A stretch of 58,673 bases of DNA from Clostridia bacterium (GTDB taxonomy: Bacteria > Bacillota > Clostridia > Oscillospirales > CAG-272). Positions 53,326 through 58,673 of this stretch are shown here, in pieces (the stretch's first letter is position 1; each line of letters starts with the position of its first letter). The position numbers and the translations under genes were made by a program. A model generated the notes under the pieces. It searched no databases. It was not told the origin of the DNA and saw only the letters and a list, made by a program, of their open reading frames with translations. The DNA is taken from assembly GCA_017399105.1 (NCBI GenBank), contig JAFQEJ010000018.1, positions 1 through 58,673 of the forward strand, read 5' to 3'.

Positions 53326-54345
53326 TTATATCGCTTCAATAAGCTTCTTTGCGTTGGTGTAGAAGACCGCTTCCACATCCTTGTCGCTGAGCTTAAGCTG
53401 AGCAGCCACACGCTTGAATGCGCGGATCTGCTCGTACATCATGATGGTGATGTCTGTCTCGTCCGATTCACGCATGTGAGGCTCGCCCTCAACATTGCCG
53501 TAGTAACCGCGGGGAACTACATTGTAATAAACGCCATTTTCGGTGATGCGGTACATACGCATGATGGCAACATACAGGTCGGAGCCGAAGATGAGACGTT
53601 CGGTTCCCACAGCCTCAATGCAAGCCTTGATGGCATCGTCGCAGAGGTTGGCGGTGAAGTCGAACATCATGTTCTTGGTCTTGCCCAGAATGTCAAAGGC
53701 ATCGCCGATATCCTCCAGCGAGTATGCGCGGCCGATGTGAGCAACAACAAGCTTCAGATTGGGATACTTCTCCTCAATCTCCATGAGCTGAGCAATGTTG
53801 ACCTTGTCGCGCAGACGCCCCTCTCTGGGAATATGCAGCATGACAATCCAGCCGTTTCTGTTGCAGACCTCAAGATGCGAGTGGGGGAGGAAGTCGAAGA
53901 TACGGGTTTCTTTGCTGGGAATGTAAGGGGGACAGTTGGTCAGGTAGGGCTTGATGCCGAGGAAGCCGCCTGCCTTGATTTTTGCCTCCATCTCGTCGGG
54001 ATCCATCGCATAGTCGGTGCGGTAGAGGGTGGGAAAGCCGAACTCCAGCCGCTTTTCATATACATAGTCGTTTACCTGGTTGGGATTGCAGAGACAGCCG
54101 CCGAAAACAAGGGGAGTGACTTTCTTGTCGGGGAAGAGCACTGTATAGGTGCGAAGCAGATCCTCTGCAGTCAGCTCATCTGCAATCAGATCGGTCCAGG
54201 TAGAGCCGCCGTTGTGAGAACCGTAGACATCAAAGTGTGCTCTTGTGACATGAGTATGGAAGTCGATAAAGGTATCGGGGACAAAATCCTTTATCTCGGT
54301 TTCGTAGACCTTGCGGTCATAATCGTTGAAAACTAAATTATACAT
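53326..54345 (-). CDS. Amidohydrolase-2 family metal-dependent TIM-barrel hydrolase
   Basis: FIDFHTHV metal-binding HxH near the N-terminus; 339 aa. Confidence 0.65.
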   Translation of the reverse strand: MYNLVFNDYDRKVYETEIKDFVPDTFIDFHTHVTRAHFDVYGSHNGGSTWTDLIADELTAEDLLRTYTVLFPDKKVTPLVFGGCLCNPNQVNDYVYEKRLEFGFPTLYRTDYAMDPDEMEAKIKAGGFLGIKPYLTNCPPYIPSKETRIFDFLPHSHLEVCNRNGWIVMLHIPREGRLRDKVNIAQLMEIEEKYPNLKLVVAHIGRAYSLEDIGDAFDILGKTKNMMFDFTANLCDDAIKACIEAVGTERLIFGSDLYVAIMRMYRITENGVYYNVVPRGYYGNVEGEPHMRESDETDITIMMYEQIRAFKRVAAQLKLSDKDVEAVFYTNAKKLIEAI

Positions 54346-54369
54346 GTTAAACTCCTTTAGTGTTGGAAT

Positions 54370-55713
54370 CTATTCCGCCAGGATACAATTTTTAGCATCA
54401 GCTTCATCCTTGTAGACACCGGCACCGATACCGGCAAGAATCGCTGCGCCCACAGCACCTGCATGGGCACCGTGGATGACACGTACACTGATGCCGCACA
54501 TTTCTTCAATCAGACGGCACCACATGGGATCTTCGGAGGGACCGCCTACCATAACAGCGGATTTTGGACGGATGCCGACTTCGGCAACTTTATCCAGCTT
54601 GGCTTTCAGCAGGGCAACCGTTCCTTCCATAATGGCGCGCGCAATCTGCTTCTTGGAATAGAATGTGATTTTCTCATCATCCGGTTCATCGGTGGGGCAG
54701 ATGGAAAGTCCGCCTGCTCCGGCTTCGCATTCGGCTGCCAGCTTGCTGAGAATGACAAAGGCATTATCGCTGTCATCGATATAACGATTGACATAGAGCT
54801 TGATCTTCTCGGAAACCGAAGCTACCGAAACCATAGCGGCATGGCAGCCGTTGGGGGAGAGGAAGGGATCGATCAGAAAATGTGCATCGGCAATGACATC
54901 GCGGGATTTGACGGGGAAGAGCCCTACCCAGGAGGTACCGCAGGAGAGCAGCATTTCGCCTTCCTCCAATACACCGACACCTCTTGCAGCGGAAGGATGA
55001 TCGAAACTGCCTACCACGACAGGTGTACCGACAGGAAGTCCGCATGCCTCGGCTGCCTCGGAAAAAATACCGCCGACAACCGTACCGCAGGGCATAACCG
55101 GGGGAACCTTGCCATCATCAATGCCGAAAGCGGCGAGAAATTCGGGAATATAGGTACCTGCCTGCTGATCAATCAGATAGAAAGGCGTGCCGGCTGAAGT
55201 GCTGATGCCGAACTTCCCGGTAAGCGAATAGTAAAGATATTCGGTACTCATGCAGACCATGCCGCAGTTGGCGAGAACCTCGGGGGAATGAACCTTCACA
55301 TAACAGAGCAGAGCCAGCGGGAAGGTTTTATAGTCGAAGCCCCATCCGGTGCGGCGGTAGAGTGCATCGGTGTCCATCTCACCCAGCACATTGTGTGCTT
55401 CGTCCTGTACACGGGTATCCTGCCAGTTGAAGATCGGCGTGGAGGGCTTTCCATCCTTATCGAGGACAACAAGATTACCGCTTGCCGAGGATGCACAGAG
55501 ACCGAGAATTTCACCGTCAGCGGCAGCAGCAAGCTTTTTGATGGCTGCATAACAAACCTTAAGATAATCTGCACCGCTGATTTCAAGTCCGCCATTATCA
55601 AGGGATGTATAGACAAAGCCTTCGCGGGCGGTGGCTGCAATCTTGCCGTCGACGGTCAGAAGAACGCCCTTGACCGAAGATGTACCGATATCAAGTCCAA
55701 TCAGATATTGCAC
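54370..55713 (-). CDS. FGGY-family carbohydrate kinase
   Basis: MQYLIGLDIGTSSVK N-terminus and an FGGY C-terminal block (VMVGGPSEDPMWCRLIEEMCGISV...GAAILAGIGAGVY). Confidence 0.75.
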   Translation of the reverse strand: MQYLIGLDIGTSSVKGVLLTVDGKIAATAREGFVYTSLDNGGLEISGADYLKVCYAAIKKLAAAADGEILGLCASSASGNLVVLDKDGKPSTPIFNWQDTRVQDEAHNVLGEMDTDALYRRTGWGFDYKTFPLALLCYVKVHSPEVLANCGMVCMSTEYLYYSLTGKFGISTSAGTPFYLIDQQAGTYIPEFLAAFGIDDGKVPPVMPCGTVVGGIFSEAAEACGLPVGTPVVVGSFDHPSAARGVGVLEEGEMLLSCGTSWVGLFPVKSRDVIADAHFLIDPFLSPNGCHAAMVSVASVSEKIKLYVNRYIDDSDNAFVILSKLAAECEAGAGGLSICPTDEPDDEKITFYSKKQIARAIMEGTVALLKAKLDKVAEVGIRPKSAVMVGGPSEDPMWCRLIEEMCGISVRVIHGAHAGAVGAAILAGIGAGVYKDEADAKNCILAE

Positions 55714-55724
55714 GTGAAGCCTCC

Positions 55725-57089
55725 TCAGATGATGACAACCTTCATGCCGAGCAGCTTACCGAAGTAGGCGATCTCCTCGGCGGCAGCACCGTAGATGAAG
55801 CTGCTGTGATGAGTTGCTCCGTTCTTGCTGAGATTTTCGAGGAAGCTTGCAGTACTGCCTTCAAACTTCATCCAGCCTCTCATGGCCTTGGGGAAGTTAT
55901 CGGGACCGTCCGCAGTCATTTCGCAGGATGCAATCAGCAGCTGATAGTCATCGGAATCACGGCTTACATTGATATAAACGCCCTTGCCGCCCTTCATGCG
56001 GGAATATCCCGGATACGGATTGGAACCGGTGGCATAATTTGTGCCTGCCCGGCAGATCAGGGGCTTGCCATCAATGATGCGGTAGTTCATCTCACCCATA
56101 TGGCTGAGGAAGACCGTGTCGTGCTTCCAGTCGGGGCAGAAAATCTCCACAAAGCTTGTTTCGGGATAGGCGGCAAGGAATGCACCGGTGAAAGAAGCGG
56201 TCAGCGCATCGCCCTCGCCTGCATAACCGATACCTCGCTCCATTGCCTTGCAAGCCTCGATAAAAGGCATAGCGGGAAGACCGTTGATATTGAGGAAGCT
56301 TACCGAGAATGCACGGTATGCTTCATTGTCGAGAAGCTTGCGAATGGTCAGGCAGCTCTTTAATGTCTCGCGGTATTCGCTTTCGATGATATTATCTGCA
56401 AATGCAAATCGAGCAGCGTTAGCCTCTTTTTCTTCTGCGATTTCTTCCTCGGTAATGCTGTCGGCAAGGGAGATAAGCAGCTCAGAGGAGACATCCTCGA
56501 CGGTGATGCCGAAGCGTGCCTTCAACTCGGCAGGATCAACTGCAAAGTCGCCCATACCCGGAAATGCGCCGCCAATCAGACCTACACGCATGGTGGAGAG
56601 TGCCTTTGCTGCAACAGCCGCACGCACATAACCGCAAACACGGTCAATGACGTCGCTTGTGATATAGTGTCCTGCTGCGATAGCATAGGGCTTACCGCGG
56701 CGCTTGAGCATGCTGCACATATCCATAACGCCGTGTATGCCATGATTGGCACCGATCGCATCGGGATTCTGAGTCTGAGTAAATTCGTATGCGGGGGTCG
56801 TATCCAGAACGATGATGGGGAGCTTGGTTGCAGTCAGTGCATCAATCGATTCAAGTGAGGGAGAATATGCCATATGCATGGTTACAATGGCATCAACCAT
56901 TTCCGCTTCAAAGGCTGCAACAACAGCTTCAAATTCGGGCTTGATACGGCAGAAATCGCTTGTGACAACCTCAACATCTCTGTCATTGAATGCCTTGACA
57001 GTGTCATTGTACCAGTCATAAAGCTCGGTACGGTCCGAGCCAACATCGTCGTATAGTTTAATATAAAGGGGAAGTAATCCGATTTTCAT
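55725..57089 (-). CDS. L-arabinose/L-fucose isomerase family protein (AraA-like, short form)
   Basis: 454 aa. The C-terminal GATHHSSFIYG resembles AraA GPVHHTVFS. Its N-terminal domain is alpha/beta. Confidence 0.55.
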   Translation of the reverse strand: MKIGLLPLYIKLYDDVGSDRTELYDWYNDTVKAFNDRDVEVVTSDFCRIKPEFEAVVAAFEAEMVDAIVTMHMAYSPSLESIDALTATKLPIIVLDTTPAYEFTQTQNPDAIGANHGIHGVMDMCSMLKRRGKPYAIAAGHYITSDVIDRVCGYVRAAVAAKALSTMRVGLIGGAFPGMGDFAVDPAELKARFGITVEDVSSELLISLADSITEEEIAEEKEANAARFAFADNIIESEYRETLKSCLTIRKLLDNEAYRAFSVSFLNINGLPAMPFIEACKAMERGIGYAGEGDALTASFTGAFLAAYPETSFVEIFCPDWKHDTVFLSHMGEMNYRIIDGKPLICRAGTNYATGSNPYPGYSRMKGGKGVYINVSRDSDDYQLLIASCEMTADGPDNFPKAMRGWMKFEGSTASFLENLSKNGATHHSSFIYGAAAEEIAYFGKLLGMKVVII

Positions 57090-57115
57090 AATGATGTATC
57101 TCCTTTGTATAGTGA

Positions 57116-57610
57116 TTATTCACCGATGATCATAATCTGCACAGTGCGCTGTCTTGCTCTGGTGCTGTCAAAGTCAATGAAATAGATGAAGCCGAATTCG
57201 CCCAGATCCATTTCGCCGTCATCAACAACGATGGTCTCGCTTCTGCCGATGATAGAGGAGCGCAGATGTGCATCTGTGTTGTGGCAGCCTCTGGCATCCT
57301 CGTCATGCTCCTCGGCAAACTTCAGCGCTTTGGGGCCGGGATGAAGGTAGATGCCCTCATACTTCTGCTCGGGGGAAATGCGCTCCATTGCGTTGACCAG
57401 ATCCTGCTGGAGAGTTTCGAGACCTGTCATGGACATATCAAAGGCACATTCCTGTGTGATGACACAGCAGGTGGTGTGATGGGAGTAAACAACAACGATG
57501 CCGTCCTTGATGCCCGATTTTTTTAAAGCTTCCTTTGCCTGAGCGGTCACATTGTGGAAGGTGACAGCCTTATCGTTGGACTGTACCTTGAATTTTTCCT
57601 TGTAGATCAT
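57116..57610 (-). CDS. YjbQ/UPF0047 family protein
   Basis: The SHHTTCCV motif is like the family HTTA signature. The likely start is MIYKEK at 57610, with AGAAGGAGG 6 nt upstream. Confidence 0.7.
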   Translation of the reverse strand: MIYKEKFKVQSNDKAVTFHNVTAQAKEALKKSGIKDGIVVVYSHHTTCCVITQECAFDMSMTGLETLQQDLVNAMERISPEQKYEGIYLHPGPKALKFAEEHDEDARGCHNTDAHLRSSIIGRSETIVVDDGEMDLGEFGFIYFIDFDSTRARQRTVQIMIIGE

Positions 57611-57611
57611 C

Positions 57612-58325
57612 TTATGCCTCCTTCTGTTTTTTAAGGTCATCGGCAGCGCGTCGTGTGGCGGCGATCATTTCGTCGATCATTGCCAGCGGATCTTCCGCCT
57701 TCATGATGCCCGATGCCGCGCCTGCCGCTTCGGAGCCTGCCATGATGAAATCGTAAACCTGCTGACCGTTTGTGATGCCGGCAGCCTGCTCGATGAGAAT
57801 ATTGGGATCGATCCTACGGATTTCGCGGATGACTTCCTGTACATACCCCATATCGCTGACACCGCCGCCGCTGCCGCCGATCAGCTCGGAGGGTTCGGGA
57901 TTGATGATGTCGGGATGAAGCTCTGCAATGGCACGGGTCTCAGCAACCGAATCGGCGCAGGCAAATACCAGCATATCCAGTTCGTTTGCGCGATCGATGG
58001 TCGCCTTGATCTGGGGAAGCGACATGGGCCTCTCACAGTGGTTGACCACAACGCCTTCAGCGCCCGCTGCCTTGAGTGCTTCGGGGAGAATATCCGCCAT
58101 GCCTCTGCCGGGACGGAGGGTATCCATGTAGGGCGCCAGTACGATCAGATGCTTGGTGTTCTCCACAACTCTGCGGATTTCAACGGCAGGAGTGATGAAG
58201 AGTACGTCGATATCGTACTTCTCAGCAGCCTTGTCGGCGGCGAGGGCATACTCCAGTACCGTATCACCCCAGATATAGTTCTTGGTGCCTATTTCAAAAT
58301 AGGGAGTTCTGATTTTACGTTTCAT
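57612..58325 (-). CDS. Triose-phosphate-isomerase-family (TIM-like) protein
   Basis: 237 aa. VVNHCERP vs TIM ILGHSERR; EPSELIGG vs EPVWAIGTG; a C-terminal Gly-rich phosphate loop. Confidence 0.45.
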   Translation of the reverse strand: MKRKIRTPYFEIGTKNYIWGDTVLEYALAADKAAEKYDIDVLFITPAVEIRRVVENTKHLIVLAPYMDTLRPGRGMADILPEALKAAGAEGVVVNHCERPMSLPQIKATIDRANELDMLVFACADSVAETRAIAELHPDIINPEPSELIGGSGGGVSDMGYVQEVIREIRRIDPNILIEQAAGITNGQQVYDFIMAGSEAAGAASGIMKAEDPLAMIDEMIAATRRAADDLKKQKEA

Positions 58326-58337
58326 GCCTGCCGTCCT

Positions 58338-58673
58338 TTATCTCTGCTGCTGAAGTGTGTAGTGCACGTCGTAAGCCTTTTCTTCCTCTGTGTATTTGCG
58401 CTTGGTATCGATGACTTCGCCGTTGTTCCACTTGCGGTCACCCACATCCTCGGTGGTGCCCATAACGGTTACATTGAGCTGGCGGCGGCGTGCTCTGACA
58501 TGATCCCAGTCGATGAAGTAGATGTGTGCGAACTCGCCTCCGTCAAGTATGCCGTCCTTGATGGTCATGGTTTCGCTTCTGCCGAAGAATACGGAACGGA
58601 GATGACCGTCTGTATTCATGCTGGTGTAGTCACCGGGCTCGTTGACATAGCGGCCGAACTGGGAGTGGATGGG
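58338..58673 (-). CDS. Second YjbQ/UPF0047 paralog, 5' end beyond the right window edge
   Basis: The C-terminal ~90 aa align with YjbQ 57116-57610 (GHLRSVFFGRSETMTIKDGILDGGEFAHIYFIDWD vs AHLRSSIIGRSETIVVDDGEMDLGEFGFIYFIDFD) and carry an extra ~40-aa Lys/Glu-rich tail. Confidence 0.6.
   Translation of the reverse strand, partial: PIHSQFGRYVNEPGDYTSMNTDGHLRSVFFGRSETMTIKDGILDGGEFAHIYFIDWDHVRARRRQLNVTVMGTTEDVGDRKWNNGEVIDTKRKYTEEEKAYDVHYTLQQQR

Noticed and set aside
53317-54336. 339-aa plus-strand ORF mirroring the amidohydrolase gene
   Set aside because: The minus-strand frame carries the HxH metal-binding motif (FIDFHTHV) and amidohydrolase-2 blocks. The plus-frame product is repetitive (VGVEDRFHILVAELKL...) and is not preceded by an RBS.
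1-58673. Mobile elements, CRISPR arrays, tRNA/rRNA genes, toxin-antitoxin or defence systems
   Set aside because: I saw no transposase, integrase or recombinase ORFs and no direct-repeat/spacer arrays. The only SSR is the 8-mer tract at 36583. No intergenic segment has tRNA-like T-arm/anticodon architecture, and there are no nuclease/ATPase pairs typical of defence islands.

Overview
This 58.7-kb window looks like chromosomal DNA from a Gram-positive anaerobe (Clostridia-like). The evidence is GGAGG-type ribosome-binding sites, lipoprotein signal peptides with LAGC/SCD/ACS lipoboxes, [FeFe]-hydrogenase maturases and roughly 50-55% GC; I cannot assign a taxon from sequence alone. Most genes are on the minus strand in compact operons. 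From the left edge the operons are:
- TM1266-like regulator, hydE and hydG (hydG truncated at the window edge)
- trxA, a TlpA-like oxidoreductase and ccdA
- a FecBCD-type ABC importer cotranscribed with an AsrC/DsrAB-like siroheme/Fe-S protein
- a HAD hydrolase and a Mn-catalase
- an 11-kb accessory lipoprotein locus (9.8-20.7 kb): three lipoproteins sharing an N-terminal module, a DeoR regulator, an orphan large solute-binding protein, and a tandem pair of beta-helix/DUF4214-like paralogs, one of which lacks a signal peptide
- an AI-2E transporter, an AraC regulator and a GH2 beta-mannosidase-like gene
- a complete aromatic amino-acid supraoperon (pheA-aroB-aroC-aroE/K fusion-aroQ-aroA-tyrA-aroF) headed by an XRE regulator
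- an ECF-like sigma factor with a 380-aa C-terminal extension, preceded by an (AAATGAAG)x6 octanucleotide repeat and followed by four tandem perfect hairpins
- a DUF1836-like gene, nfeD, flotillin and a small coupled ORF
- a Gfo/Idh/MocA oxidoreductase plus an orphan AcsE/MtrH-like pterin-binding protein
- two BlaI/BlaR1(M56)-type sensor-repressor pairs with very large, unrelated ectodomains, flanking mntP (preceded by a probable yybP-ykoY Mn2+ riboswitch) and a lipoprotein serpin
- a fused ThrE exporter
- a sugar catabolic cluster: AraA-like isomerase, FGGY kinase, TIM-like protein, amidohydrolase, sugar-phosphate isomerase and two YjbQ paralogs
I found no rRNA, tRNA, CRISPR array, transposase or integrase. 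Coordinates of manually located non-ORF elements may be off by 1-2 nt.
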